Positions 10,558 to 20,955 are shown, numbered from the stretch's first letter. The stretch is DNA of 64,000 nt from Nitrosopumilus sp. (GCA_965218695.1 OZ244651.1:2176001-2240000); one strand, 5' to 3'. Numbers and translations: made by a program. Notes: generated by a model not told the origin, from the sequence alone.

Positions 10558-11076
10558 ATGTCTGCAGGATACCGGCCGGATCAGAGAACCTCTTCTGAGT
10601 CACGCGCCGAGGTGATAGTCCGAATGTTTCCATCAGATGCCAACCCTGCAGGCAACGTCTTTGGAGGCCAGATACTCAAGCACATTGATATGGTGGCAGG
10701 GATAGTTGCCCAGAGGCACTCTCGGTCCAACGCTGTCACAGTGTCAATGGACAGTGTCAGCTTTCTCAAACCGGTCCTTGTCGGAAACGTCCTTACACTG
10801 AGTGCCCGGATAAATTACGTCCATAATTCATCAATGGAGATCGAAGTCAGGACCGAGGCCGAGGACATAATTACCGGGATCAGTACGGTCACCGGTACTG
10901 CATTTGTGACGTTTGTGGCACTTGACGAGAATGGAAACCCCACGCCCGTCCCCGGACTGATTCTCAGTACAGACGAGGACAGGATCAAGTTTGAGGAAGG
11001 ACGGCTCAGGATGGAAAAGCGACTGCAGGCCAGACACCCGGATCGAACCACATCCACCGGAGCAAACCTGCCATAG
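10558..11076 (+). CDS. Acyl-CoA thioesterase (hotdog fold, YciA-like)
   Basis: DANPAGNVFGGQILKHID, VTVSMDSVSFLKPV, SSMEI, FVALD. Confidence 0.92.
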   Translation: MSAGYRPDQRTSSESRAEVIVRMFPSDANPAGNVFGGQILKHIDMVAGIVAQRHSRSNAVTVSMDSVSFLKPVLVGNVLTLSARINYVHNSSMEIEVRTEAEDIITGISTVTGTAFVTFVALDENGNPTPVPGLILSTDEDRIKFEEGRLRMEKRLQARHPDRTTSTGANLP

Positions 11077-11096
11077 ATTGGTTTAAGAGAGGCAGC

Positions 11097-11513
11097 GTGT
11101 TACACCAATTAATGTCCGGACAAGACAACGATGCACAATGGGATTCATTGTGGCAGGAATACTCCAAGTCACTTGAAAACTGGAAGACGCTCTTTGAGCA
11201 GATGCAGAAGGCAAGCACCGAGATGCAGTCCAAGTTCAACGAGGTCTGGGAAAAGGCCACTGCCGAATCCAGCAACGATACCCTCAAGTCGTTTGGAGAA
11301 AATTGGCAAAAGGCCATGACTGAGACCAACATGAGGGCCTTTGAGGGATGGCAGAAGAGCCTTGGCGATACAGGCAAGTCTACGTTTGCACAGTTTGCCG
11401 ACAGCTGGCAGAAATCCCTCGGCACGTCGGGACTGGATCAGATGAACGCCTACGGGGAGATGATGATGAAGTTTGCCGATACCTGGAATTCGATGTGGCC
11501 AAAATCAGGCTAG
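11097..11513 (+). CDS. Trp-periodic amphipathic helical hypothetical protein
   Basis: Repeated F.E.WQK units; probable start MSGQD; TATA-like TTTAAG at about 11082. Confidence 0.75.
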   Translation: MLHQLMSGQDNDAQWDSLWQEYSKSLENWKTLFEQMQKASTEMQSKFNEVWEKATAESSNDTLKSFGENWQKAMTETNMRAFEGWQKSLGDTGKSTFAQFADSWQKSLGTSGLDQMNAYGEMMMKFADTWNSMWPKSG

Positions 11514-12410
11514 CATGAATTGAGAGAGAAACTCTTATTTTTTTGCACCTGCACGGCCTTGGAGATAATGACTGCCGTCGGGGTTGCCGGGTACCTGCTG
11601 TACCTTGGGGAACACATACTGGCGCTGATCTCAACTGTAGTGTTTGGCAAGCTGATCGTGTTTCATTTTGTCATGGAATATTTTGACAGGAGCAGTAATC
11701 CCAGATGTGCCATCTAGCACCTGATGCAAACAGATCAATGGGGGCACGCCCAGACGATCCTTATGTACCACCAAAAAGATCGCCTGAGACGCGATATGAT
11801 GAACAATGGCAAAATATATGAATCTGTTGAGAAGGTGCTGAGAGAAAGCATCGTGCCGTCCGCCGAGGTCTCCAAAAGGTACAACGCGACATATGGCGCA
11901 AGCGACTTTAACGTCGGCATGCTGCATGCCGCGATGCTTGACACTTCGGTCGGCGGATGCAGCTTCGCCATGAGAGAAATCACGGCGCAGTCCATCGAGA
12001 ATCCAAGATATTCACGTCATTCTCCAAGCGACGAGTGGTTTCGCGATATCCTGTCCAAGACGGACGAGGGTAAGGCGCTTGAGACTTTTAACCAGGCGGT
12101 AAGGGCACAGCTGGATGAGCTTTACCTGTTTGGCAGGCTGCCTGATGTGCTTGATGTGGCCATCGACATGCACCTGATACCGTGCCACAGCAAGAAACTT
12201 GGCTCTGACCTGAGAGGCGGAGAGCGCAAGAGCGGCACCAACAGATTCGAGGCGTACATCACGGCGCAGTGCGTCAACTCCAAATCGCGGCTTATCCTTG
12301 CGGCCCTATACGTGGGCAAGTCCTCATCCGTGCACGAATCCCTGCGTGAAATCCTCAATTCGTGCCTAGAAAACGTCTCCGCCGTCGGATCCAGGCTGGG
12401 ACTGATCCTG

Positions 12411-13582
12411 AGACATAATCCGTAATTAGAAATTGTACATATTTTCCTATACTGTGTAGGTTTTTTGACTCCTATCAGGTTGCTTCCCGGACTAGGAGAA
12501 CCCTGAGGTTGGCAAATCCGCAGACGATGTCATTGACGGTGTCGTATTTTTTCAGGCGGTTTCGGTAGACACCGCTCATTATGCGAAACCGTTTGACCCT
12601 GCGGATGGCGTGCTCCACATACACCCGTGCCTTTGAGTGCTTTTTGTTGAATTCCTTCTGCTCGGGGGACAATTCTGCGCCTTTTTGCTTCTTGTACGGC
12701 ACTACTGCATCCCGGTCAGGAAATTCTTTGTTGATCCCCTGGTATCCGTTGTCCAGGATCTCTCTGACTTTGATCCTTTCCTTGTCCTTGCTCCCGTCCT
12801 TGCGTGGAAGGTTGTCAGGGAATGTCGGGTGTTTCTTCTTGAATACTGCAAAGTCGTGGATCCTGCCCGGGGAATGCCGGGTCTTGTGAAGGATGAGGCC
12901 GTCCGTGGCCGACGTGTACTGGACCTTGGACGTGTGCCTGTGTGCCTTGCCCGAGTAGTGGGACCGTTCCATGTCCTTGCGTCCGGGACGCTGTATCTGC
13001 TGCTCGGAGGCATCAATCAGGGCAGTCAGGCCAGGAATGATCTCCTCAAGATCGTCAAGCGTCTTGGTGGCCTTGATGTTGGCGTAGATCTTTGACGGAA
13101 GCGGAACGCACTGCCGGATCGACGGCTCCAGTGCCCCCATGCTGCGGGACACACTGGCCTGACCCACATGGAACGTCAGGGCAAGAAGATCCTGCGTAGC
13201 GTATGTCCTGTAATAAAACAGGACCAGAAGAAACCTGTTTTTCAGATCCAGTTTCCACCTGCGTCCGGCACCAATGCCGCGCACCCTGCTTCTTTTGGCG
13301 AGTCGCTTTTGCTCTGCCTTGGGGTATTTTTTTGCCAGCCGCCCTGCCACCAAATTAAATTCGGAGACTGTCAGTCCAGTGCACCGGATGAACAGTTTGG
13401 GCTTTTTTGCTAATTTGTCGTATAATGACATGCTTTGACATTGGCAATCAGAATAAAACACGGCTGACGTATAGTTTTGATCATCGGGCAAGTTCGAATT
13501 GACATGCAATTCCATGCAGTCAGCCAGATTTGTCCTGCAATGCGTCCAATCTCGTGATTATGCCCAATTACGGATGATGTCT
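12411..13582 (-). mobile_element. IS5-like (DDE_Tnp_4/ISL2-type) element, 1172 bp, copy A
   Basis: TIR AGACATAATCCGTAATT/AATTACGGATGATGTCT; 3-bp DR CTG; matches 25975-27146. Confidence 0.93.
12475..13431 (-). CDS. Transposase (HTH_Tnp_4 + DDE_Tnp_4)
   Basis: LIDASEQ, YSGKAHRHT, GRIHD, LDNGYQG, RVYVEHAIRRVK; probable start MSLYDKL. Confidence 0.92.
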   Translation of the reverse strand: MSLYDKLAKKPKLFIRCTGLTVSEFNLVAGRLAKKYPKAEQKRLAKRSRVRGIGAGRRWKLDLKNRFLLVLFYYRTYATQDLLALTFHVGQASVSRSMGALEPSIRQCVPLPSKIYANIKATKTLDDLEEIIPGLTALIDASEQQIQRPGRKDMERSHYSGKAHRHTSKVQYTSATDGLILHKTRHSPGRIHDFAVFKKKHPTFPDNLPRKDGSKDKERIKVREILDNGYQGINKEFPDRDAVVPYKKQKGAELSPEQKEFNKKHSKARVYVEHAIRRVKRFRIMSGVYRNRLKKYDTVNDIVCGFANLRVLLVREAT

Positions 13583-14387
13583 CTGGTTGACAGGGGCTTC
13601 TTTTCAGTGAACTCAATATCCGAGATTGAGCGTCTTAGCCTTGAGTACCTGATGCCGTGCACCAGAACCAGTAGGGTGAAAGACTCGCTGCGCAAGTTCG
13701 TGGCCAAAACGCTCGGCCCCATCTCAAAATCCGACATGACGAATTCTGACAAGGCAACGGTTCAGTACCACATGATCATAGCAGAGAAGAAGAGAGTAAG
13801 GAAGGAAAGTGAGGGGGCGAAGAACGGGGACAAGAAGGCAGGTGCGCCGGAAGATCGATACATTGCGTTTGCCACCAATGCCCCGTGGATGGATGTAGAG
13901 GAATATTCCAAAAGGTGGACCATCGAGACATGCTACAGACTGGTAGAGAATGCCAGGGCGAAATCGTTCGGCAGCAGTAGGCCTGCCCGGCTTTTCTGCT
14001 TTCTGTACTCGCTGATGCTATTCAATGCGTGGGTGCTGGTAAACGCGCAGCTGGCCAGCTTTCTGAAGCTGCGTGACGGAGTCCTTCCGGTGACGCAGCT
14101 GTATATGAAAATTGTCACGCTAATAGCAATCTATCGGAATATTACGATTCAGCCCGAGCCACCGCCAGATCCCGTGGCTCCGTGAGCACATCTGGGATTA
14201 CTGAGGAGGTCTGCTGCGATCCTGGCAGCCGGAAAGAGCGGCTCATGTACCTGTTCAGGCAGCCTCCAAAACTAGGAATGGTTACTTGCATGATTCATGT
14301 CTTGATGGATTCTGGCCCTGCAAACATACATGTTCCTTCCGTATAGGGGAATATCTGTCATTAGGCACTGCTGAGCATGTCCGGTTT

Positions 14388-14750
14388 CTAGGATGCATAC
14401 CTTGACTGTCTCTTGAGGTTGGTTGCCAGCTCCTTGAAGATCTCATTCACACTGACATCAACCAGATTGATTGTGGCGTTCTCCTTTACGATCTGTTTTT
14501 CAAATTTTTCCTTTATTGCAAATGAGACCGACGACCAGTGCAGGATTCCCCTCAACTGTTCATCGACTGTTGCGTTCGTGGTGGGAAAGTTCGCCGACGA
14601 AAAGACGATTCCGTTTGTCCACTGCATTGTCGGGATTCCACCTCCAGATGTACGCGTACTGAATGCTATCTGTTTTACCCAGTCATCAAACTTGTATTCT
14701 ATTACCTCGTGAATGATAAGCTTCTTCCATGGCTCAATGGATATGTCCAT
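14388..14750 (-). CDS. Conserved hypothetical protein
   Basis: Probable start MDISIEPWKKLIIHEVIEY; compact globular composition. Confidence 0.75.
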   Translation of the reverse strand: MDISIEPWKKLIIHEVIEYKFDDWVKQIAFSTRTSGGGIPTMQWTNGIVFSSANFPTTNATVDEQLRGILHWSSVSFAIKEKFEKQIVKENATINLVDVSVNEIFKELATNLKRQSRYAS

Positions 14751-14926
14751 CCCTCTTACTTGGTTTATGCACATTATAACCTTGTTCACTAGAACACCTG
14801 CATGCACTACAGTCCGGCTCCATACAATGCCAGACATGGCGTGCACGATTTTACCAGTCCTGGCATGACCCGGAGATGTTCTATCCGTCGTGTTTATTTA
14901 CCGGTTGCTATTCATTATTTTTTGAA

Positions 14927-15256
14927 ATGAAGAAATGGGCAGACTATCTGATCTCTCAGGTTCAGTACGATGCTGATCATCTGATCTCCTTTGCCATGTG
15001 TCATGAGGACGTAGGCCAGACGCTTACTGACGGGGCACTTGTAGACAGAATGACGCTGTCCTCTGAACTTAAGAAGAACCGCAGGTACGCCACCGTATAT
15101 GACTGGGGAAAGTCTTGGAAGGTTGGACACCGGATCCGGTTGCATAAGGTTGGCGGCTTACCATACATACGAATCGATGACAACCAGGTCAATCTGGATT
15201 ACTTGGGGGATCTGCCGGAAATATCTGCACCCATGTTGGAAAACTCCTCAGAGTAG
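14927..15256 (+). CDS. DUF3892-like hypothetical protein
   Basis: KWADYLISQVQY...YIRIDDNQVNLDYLGDLPE pattern. Confidence 0.7.
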   Translation: MKKWADYLISQVQYDADHLISFAMCHEDVGQTLTDGALVDRMTLSSELKKNRRYATVYDWGKSWKVGHRIRLHKVGGLPYIRIDDNQVNLDYLGDLPEISAPMLENSSE

Positions 15257-15375
15257 ATCCATCCACGATTGATTCCCACTGTAGATTCATGGAGTGCACA
15301 CGAATATACTGCCGGCAGACTATCCTTGGCGTTTCTGACTACCAAACCAGGATGCATATGAGATGCACATGCGGG

Positions 15376-16005
15376 TTAGCACACTACCAATGCCTGGTTG
15401 AATTTCTTTATGGCTTCCTGATACACCGTTATCGAGTCGCTGCTTGATGTCTTGAGGAATTTTTCCCACTGCTCGTTGAATTTGTTTATCGTCTTGATGT
15501 TAGTATTCCCAAAGATGTTCTCAATCATGCTTGTCTGTTGCCTTATGTATGTCGGACCGATTACTTCCCATGTATTCTGCCAGCTTGCGCTGATCCTCTT
15601 TAACACCTCTGCATCCGTCTCCAATGCCCTCTGGTAGGCGGCACGGTAAGTAACCAGGGTTTTATTTGTCGTGTCATACCACCACGCAAGAGCATCCTTC
15701 CAGTTGTCTAGAGCATGATTGTACTCTTCCCACGTCTCCTCAAACTCGGATCTGATCTCCTCTTTTGTTCTGGCCGGTTCCATGATGGTGGTCTTTCGTG
15801 GCGCACTGGCCGGTTTCCCTGCGGGCTTTTGACTCGTTGCAGGCTTTACCTTGGCCGGTTCCATGATGGTGGTCTTTCGTGGCGCACTGGCCGGTTTCCC
15901 TGCGGGCTTCTGCGTACCTGCGGATTCTGCCTTGATGCTGACTGTAGCATTCTTCCTAGAATCAACTGTAAACCTCTTCTTCTTCCTAGCCATGTAAAAC
16001 CCCAA
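15376..16005 (-). CDS. Hypothetical protein: basic K/P/A-rich N-terminus plus Trp-periodic helical domain
   Basis: MARKKKR start; duplicated QKPAGKPASAPRKTTIMEPA; WEEYNHALDNWK resembles the 11097 protein. Confidence 0.75.
   Translation of the reverse strand: MGFYMARKKKRFTVDSRKNATVSIKAESAGTQKPAGKPASAPRKTTIMEPAKVKPATSQKPAGKPASAPRKTTIMEPARTKEEIRSEFEETWEEYNHALDNWKDALAWWYDTTNKTLVTYRAAYQRALETDAEVLKRISASWQNTWEVIGPTYIRQQTSMIENIFGNTNIKTINKFNEQWEKFLKTSSSDSITVYQEAIKKFNQALVVC
15771..15909. repeat. In-frame direct repeat, about 58 bp identical, 81-bp period
   Basis: TGGCCGGTTCCATGATGGTGGTCTTTCGTGGCGCACTGGCCGG... at 15771 and 15852. Confidence 0.9.
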
Positions 16006-16007
16006 GT

Positions 16008-16199
16008 TCAGTCATTGTTAAACTTTTCAATTGTATTCTCATGGCGTCTATCTGATGCCCTAATAAAATTCGATGCATGCTTGACATCCTTGTCCACAAA
16101 CAACGCATAGTGTTTTTTGCACAGGTTTCTCTTCTCCCTGAACCCAACCCTCACTGTTTTGACTGCCTTGGACTTGCACTCTGATATGCTGCACTGCAA
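16008..16199 (-). CDS. Small zinc-finger-like hypothetical protein
   Basis: TTG start; QCSISEC...NLCKKH. Confidence 0.6.
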   Translation of the reverse strand: MQCSISECKSKAVKTVRVGFREKRNLCKKHYALFVDKDVKHASNFIRASDRRHENTIEKFNND

Positions 16200-16323
16200 T
16201 ATGACAGATCGCACAGATTCACTAATAAAACTTTGAAACCGTTTCCATACAGGCTCCGAAGTATATTTCAAGTGAAACCCCGCTTATCCATTATCCTGTC
16301 TGCAATACCGGCCCGTCTATTCC

Positions 16324-17253
16324 CTACAGCGCAGAGTCTACCATCAGCGCGATAAACAGTACTGCCAGGTACGGGCTAGAAAACTTGAACAGGGTCCATG
16401 AGGCTTTCTCCATGGGCTTTGCGATCACCCATGCTGACAGGATTATCATCAGCCCGCCTGATGCTATGGCAGTCCAGAGGTATACGCTACCCACCATCGC
16501 CTCACCGTCCCCCGTGGTTATGAAGAACGGAGCAATCGAGAACAGTACCATCACCACAGTTGAGCCTGCAATGGCCCTTGCCGATGTCTTCTCAGACTGC
16601 ACCGCAGTCAGCATCGGGATGTTGACCTTGTTGTAGTCCTCCTTGAAGTGCAGTGTAAGGGCCCATATGTGCATCGGAATCCAGATGAATACCAATCCTG
16701 CCATTGCCAGTCCCATCGTCCACAAATCAGACGTTGTTACTGCAACCCATCCTATCATGGGAGGCGATCCACCGCACAGTCCGCCCAGAATGATGTTGGT
16801 TCTGGAGTTTCGTTTCAGGGCGTACGAGTAGACAAGTACGTTGTTTAGCAGTCCAAATGCAATGAATGCAGCAGCCCAGGCACCCTGCTCTACGGTTGTA
16901 GTAAGCGATATTGCAAGGGCCAAAACCATGGATATTGCTGCCAGCGCGAGTCCGAAGTTTCTTGCCTTGACTGCCGGATAGATTCTCTTTGAGGGCAACG
17001 GCCTCTTCTTGGTTCTCTCCATGATTGCATCAATGTCCCGGTCGTGATAGTTTGTCAGGGTGTTTGCCGCCGCCGATCCGGCAGCCACAGAAAAGAGCAT
17101 TAGTGCCCATGTGGCAGGCGATATCTCAATCTGGTATATGTTGGATGCAGTAAGGGCCGCACCAAATGCGGTAAACACCAGCAGGTACCATATCTTGGGC
17201 TTTGTGAGTTCATAGTATACTGCGATCCTTGATTCTGTTCTCTGTCTCTGCAA
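16324..17253 (-). CDS. ctaB: Heme o synthase (protoheme IX farnesyltransferase)
   Basis: YELTKPKI, DRDIDAIMERTKKRPLPS, WIPMHIWAL, DYNKVNIPML; multi-TM. Confidence 0.95.
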   Translation of the reverse strand: MQRQRTESRIAVYYELTKPKIWYLLVFTAFGAALTASNIYQIEISPATWALMLFSVAAGSAAANTLTNYHDRDIDAIMERTKKRPLPSKRIYPAVKARNFGLALAAISMVLALAISLTTTVEQGAWAAAFIAFGLLNNVLVYSYALKRNSRTNIILGGLCGGSPPMIGWVAVTTSDLWTMGLAMAGLVFIWIPMHIWALTLHFKEDYNKVNIPMLTAVQSEKTSARAIAGSTVVMVLFSIAPFFITTGDGEAMVGSVYLWTAIASGGLMIILSAWVIAKPMEKASWTLFKFSSPYLAVLFIALMVDSAL

Positions 17254-17255
17254 CG

Positions 17256-17732
17256 CTAATCCCTTCTGCTTGAGGGCATATATGGCATTGCCTTTCCGTG
17301 CGCCTTCATCTCAATGAACGACTCTGAGGATCGGATCCCCTCTATCCTGCCGACTCCCTCTGAGACTCTCTTGTGCATCTGTTCCAGTGATGTGGAATAC
17401 ATGGTTACCAGTATGTCAAACCTCCCTGTCACCTCTGCTATCTCCCTGACCCCCTCAATCTTGAACAGCTCCTCGATTATGTGATCCCTCATCTTTGTAT
17501 CAATGTTTATTCCGACCAAGGCCTTTACGCCGTATCCAAGCTCCTGGTCATTTACCACTATTGTAAACCTCTCTATCAGCTTCTTTCTGACCATTCTCTT
17601 GATTCTCGAGTACACCACTGATGCGTTGACGTTGATCTTTTTTGACAGGCGCGGAATCGACATCGAGGCGTCATTGGAGAGCTCTGAGAGAATGAGAAGA
17701 TCCAGATCGTCTATCCTTGCCATCCAAAACAC
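17256..17732 (-). CDS. Lrp/AsnC family transcriptional regulator
   Basis: IDDLDLLILSEL HTH plus VTGRFDIL RAM domain. Confidence 0.93.
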   Translation of the reverse strand: MFWMARIDDLDLLILSELSNDASMSIPRLSKKINVNASVVYSRIKRMVRKKLIERFTIVVNDQELGYGVKALVGINIDTKMRDHIIEELFKIEGVREIAEVTGRFDILVTMYSTSLEQMHKRVSEGVGRIEGIRSSESFIEMKAHGKAMPYMPSSRRD

Positions 17733-17780
17733 CAGCTCTAGTGTACATTTACAGTTCTTATAAAGCTATTATTGCAAAAA

Positions 17781-18872
17781 TTACAATAAAACCGATTTAA
17801 TCTTACCTTTTTTGTAGAGCATCTCTGCAAGCAGAACTGCACCCTTTGCAGAACCCATCTTTTTGTTGTGTGAGAACAGTATGTACTTGATGCCGGAATC
17901 AAAGAGCTCCTCCTTCTCGACACGTCCTATGGTGGTTGTCATGCCATCCCCTACGGTTCTTTCCATTCTTGGCTGGGGCCTGGTGGGATCCTCGTGAAAC
18001 GCATAGTAGTCCTTTGGCGCCGAAGGCAGGCCTGCCACCGTAACAGTCTGGTTGTAGGAATCGTACATCTCCTTTGCCCTGCCAGGATCTATGTCATCAC
18101 GCGTCTCCACAAAGACAGATTCGGTATGGCCGTCAATTACTGGGACCCTTGTGCATGTGCAGCTTACCCTGATGTCGGCATCCTCTATCCTGCCGTCTGC
18201 AAGACTTCCAAGAATCTTTCTGGTCTCGGTCTTTACCTTTCCCTCCTCCTTGGGTATGAATGGCAGTATGTTGTCTGTGATGCCCATTGCAGATACGCCG
18301 GATTTTCCGCCACCCGAGATTGCCTGCATTGAGGTCATCAGGACCTTCTTTACACCATACTTGTCCAGAAGCGGCTTGAGCGTGATGGCAAGACCCGTCG
18401 TGGTGCAGTTGGGCAGCGGTGCCACCCAGCCCTTCCAGTTGCGGTTTTTCTTTTGCACCTCAAGCAGCTCGGCATGCTCGTCGTTCACGCCGGGAATGAG
18501 AATCGGAACGTCATCTTCGTACCTGTATGCAGAACTAGTCGAGATTACAGGCACATGCTCTGCCATGGCAGTCTCTATGTCCCTTGCAGCCACGGATTCG
18601 ACTGCAGAGAAGACCAGATCCAGCTGGGATGTGTCAAGCTCGTGAATCCGCCTGACCTTCATGGATTTGATGTACTTGGGGATCTCCCCGCCAACATACC
18701 ATGCTATGATTCCGCTTGAATCCCTTATGGCATCCAGATAGTTCTTGCCGGCCGATCGCTCGGATGCTGCAATCTGGGTCACCTCGAACCACGGATGGTT
18801 CTCCAGCGACTGAACAAACTCCTGTCCAACGGATCCGGTAACGCCGATGATTGCTGTCCTGATCTTTTGCAT
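17781..18872 (-). CDS. asd: Aspartate-semialdehyde dehydrogenase
   Basis: GVTGSVGQ, PNCTT, QAISGGG, CTRVPVIDGH. Confidence 0.96.
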   Translation of the reverse strand: MQKIRTAIIGVTGSVGQEFVQSLENHPWFEVTQIAASERSAGKNYLDAIRDSSGIIAWYVGGEIPKYIKSMKVRRIHELDTSQLDLVFSAVESVAARDIETAMAEHVPVISTSSAYRYEDDVPILIPGVNDEHAELLEVQKKNRNWKGWVAPLPNCTTTGLAITLKPLLDKYGVKKVLMTSMQAISGGGKSGVSAMGITDNILPFIPKEEGKVKTETRKILGSLADGRIEDADIRVSCTCTRVPVIDGHTESVFVETRDDIDPGRAKEMYDSYNQTVTVAGLPSAPKDYYAFHEDPTRPQPRMERTVGDGMTTTIGRVEKEELFDSGIKYILFSHNKKMGSAKGAVLLAEMLYKKGKIKSVLL

Positions 18873-19039
18873 GTTCTGGGTTGGTTCTACTCAATTAATA
18901 ATAGTTTTCTGTTGTCTCAAACCACCCAAGTGGCGGTTCATACCCGGCCTGCAGATTCAAACGAGCAACAGCATCCTTTGCAGACTGCAAACCCCGCAAT
19001 TACCAAAACATACTATATCTGCAGGCACCATCCAAAACC

Positions 19040-20119
19040 ATGAATATGAATCCCCAGCCCTCCATTCTCAGATACACCCCTGCCCTGCACGGCGGCAGAT
19101 ACTCCATAGAGGGAACCGATCACACCACGATAGACTTTAGCTCAAACATTACCCCTCTGGGGACTCCGCAGTCAGTCAGGGCAGCAATCAAGAGGAACAT
19201 CGACAGCATAGCAGAGTATCCTGATCCGGACTCGTCTGCCCTGTTGTCTGATCTTGAGGGGTATACCGGTCTGCCTGCAGCCAACTTGGTTGCAGGAAAC
19301 GGGGCAGTCGAGATAATCCACAACTTTTGTCATGCGTTCCTCTCAAGGAAGATGCGCGTCCTTATGCCTGTTCCAACATTCTCAGAGTACGAGGCCGCAT
19401 CACTCCTGTACAATGCCCGCACCTCCTACTTTGAGACCCTGAACCTCTCTGACTCCATTGATGAGTTCCTTGCCCGTATTCCGGATGGCGGATGCGTCTT
19501 TTTGTGCAACCCAAACAATCCCACCGGGGAACTGCTCCCAAAAAACGACGTACTGTCAGTGGTAAGGCGTGCGCAGGAGGCATCCTCCGTGGTGCTGGTG
19601 GACGAGTGCTTTATCGAGATGGTCGGGTCTGATGAATCCGTCATAGGGCATGTCCAAAGACATGAAAACCTGATGGTGCTGCGTTCCCTGACAAAATCCT
19701 TTGGCATGCCTGGGATCAGAATCGGGTATGTTGCTGCTCCCGTAGAGGTGGCCAAAATCCTGCGGCGTCTCCAGGTTCCGTGGAGCGTCAACTCGCTTGC
19801 ACAGGCTGCCGCACGCGCAGCGCTTGCAGACACGTCACACCTGGCCAAGTCCCGGAAGATCATCCAAAGGGAGTCCAGATACCTAAGGCAGAGGATATCA
19901 AAGATCAGGGATCTTGAGTGTCTTGAGTCGTCTGCAAACTTTATCCTGATCAAGACGGCACGCGACTCCCGTGTACTGCAAAAGATGCTGCTTGCCCGGG
20001 GAATCCTGGTACGCGACTGCAGCAGCTTCCGGGGGATGGGCTCACACCATATACGGATCGCCGTGCGATCCCACGCAGACAACCAGAAGCTGGTCAGTGC
20101 GCTGGAGGCGGTATCATGA
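19040..20119 (+). CDS. cobD: L-threonine-O-3-phosphate decarboxylase (class I/II PLP enzyme)
   Basis: HGG, DFSSNITPLG, CNPNNPTG, SLTKSFGMPGIRIGY; first gene of cob cluster. Confidence 0.85.
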   Translation: MNMNPQPSILRYTPALHGGRYSIEGTDHTTIDFSSNITPLGTPQSVRAAIKRNIDSIAEYPDPDSSALLSDLEGYTGLPAANLVAGNGAVEIIHNFCHAFLSRKMRVLMPVPTFSEYEAASLLYNARTSYFETLNLSDSIDEFLARIPDGGCVFLCNPNNPTGELLPKNDVLSVVRRAQEASSVVLVDECFIEMVGSDESVIGHVQRHENLMVLRSLTKSFGMPGIRIGYVAAPVEVAKILRRLQVPWSVNSLAQAAARAALADTSHLAKSRKIIQRESRYLRQRISKIRDLECLESSANFILIKTARDSRVLQKMLLARGILVRDCSSFRGMGSHHIRIAVRSHADNQKLVSALEAVS

Positions 20120-20955
20120 GATCCCTGATGGTCCAGGGGACGTCCTCAGGTGCAGGCAAGACCACGCTGGTTGCCGCATTCTGCAGGATATTTTCGGATA
20201 TGGGATACAGGGTAGCCCCGTTCAAGTCCCAGAACATGTCATGCCTTTCATACCGCACCCCTGACTTTGAGATATCACGTGCGCAGGCCATACAGGCAGT
20301 GGCTGCAAGGTGTCCGATTACCACTGATCTCAATCCGATCCTGCTCAAGCCAGACGGAGACCAGTCCAGCATGGTATACCTCAACGGCAGGCCCCGCGGC
20401 AGGATGCATGCACAGGAATACTACCACACCTTTGTAAATACAGAAGGGGTCAGAGCCGCCTCCGCCTCGCTTGCAAGGCTGCAAAGGGAGTTTGATCTGG
20501 TGATACTGGAAGGCGCAGGTTCCCCTGCAGAGATCAACCTGCAGAGGTTTGACATTGCCAACATGCGCATGGCATGCAAGGCAAAGGCATGCGTCCTGCT
20601 GGTCTCTGATATTGACAGGGGCGGCTCCTTTGCAAGCCTTGCCGGAACAATGGCCCTGATGAGCCCAAGGCACCGGAGCTTGGTACGGGGCTACATCCTC
20701 AACAAGTTCAGGGGTGATGTTGATGTCCTCAAACCCGGATTCCAAAAGATCAAAAGGATTACCGGGGTGTCGGTAGTCGGCACCGTCCCGCTTATCCGGC
20801 TGAATCTGCCAGAAGAGGACTCGCTGGATTCGAATCCTGAAGAGTTTGTCTGGGATGATACAGGCATTAGTCAGCTTGATGCAGAACTGGACAGACTGGC
20901 CGAAATAATAAAGGAACATGTGGATCTTGTACGAATCAAGAGGATGATACTGTGA
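20116..20955 (+). CDS. cobQ: Cobyric acid synthase, synthetase domain only
   Basis: MVQGTSSGAGKT, PFKSQNMS, NPILLKP, EGAGSPAEINL, DIDRGG, LPEEDS; no GATase domain. Confidence 0.9.
   Translation: MRSLMVQGTSSGAGKTTLVAAFCRIFSDMGYRVAPFKSQNMSCLSYRTPDFEISRAQAIQAVAARCPITTDLNPILLKPDGDQSSMVYLNGRPRGRMHAQEYYHTFVNTEGVRAASASLARLQREFDLVILEGAGSPAEINLQRFDIANMRMACKAKACVLLVSDIDRGGSFASLAGTMALMSPRHRSLVRGYILNKFRGDVDVLKPGFQKIKRITGVSVVGTVPLIRLNLPEEDSLDSNPEEFVWDDTGISQLDAELDRLAEIIKEHVDLVRIKRMIL

Larger units (their letters stand above)
11724..14185 (+). pseudogene. ISH3 transposase disrupted by nested IS
   Basis: AIDMHLIP...GLIL|VDRGFFS...YSKRWTIETCYR rejoins in frame once 12411-13585 is removed. Confidence 0.9.
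11693..14203 (+). mobile_element. ISH3-family element containing a nested IS5-like element
   Basis: 18-bp perfect TIR CAGTAATCCCAGATGTGC/GCACATCTGGGATTACTG; 5-bp DR AGGAG at 11688-11692 and 14204-14208. Confidence 0.92.
11520..14275 (+). pseudogene. Small two-TM membrane protein interrupted near its 3' end by ISH3
   Basis: Removing IS 11693-14203 and one AGGAG rejoins ...EYFDR|RSAAILAAGKSGSCTCSGSLQN*. Confidence 0.5.

Noticed and set aside
18873-19039. Cobalamin riboswitch before the cob cluster
   Set aside because: No recognisable B12-box or GGGAA core motifs.
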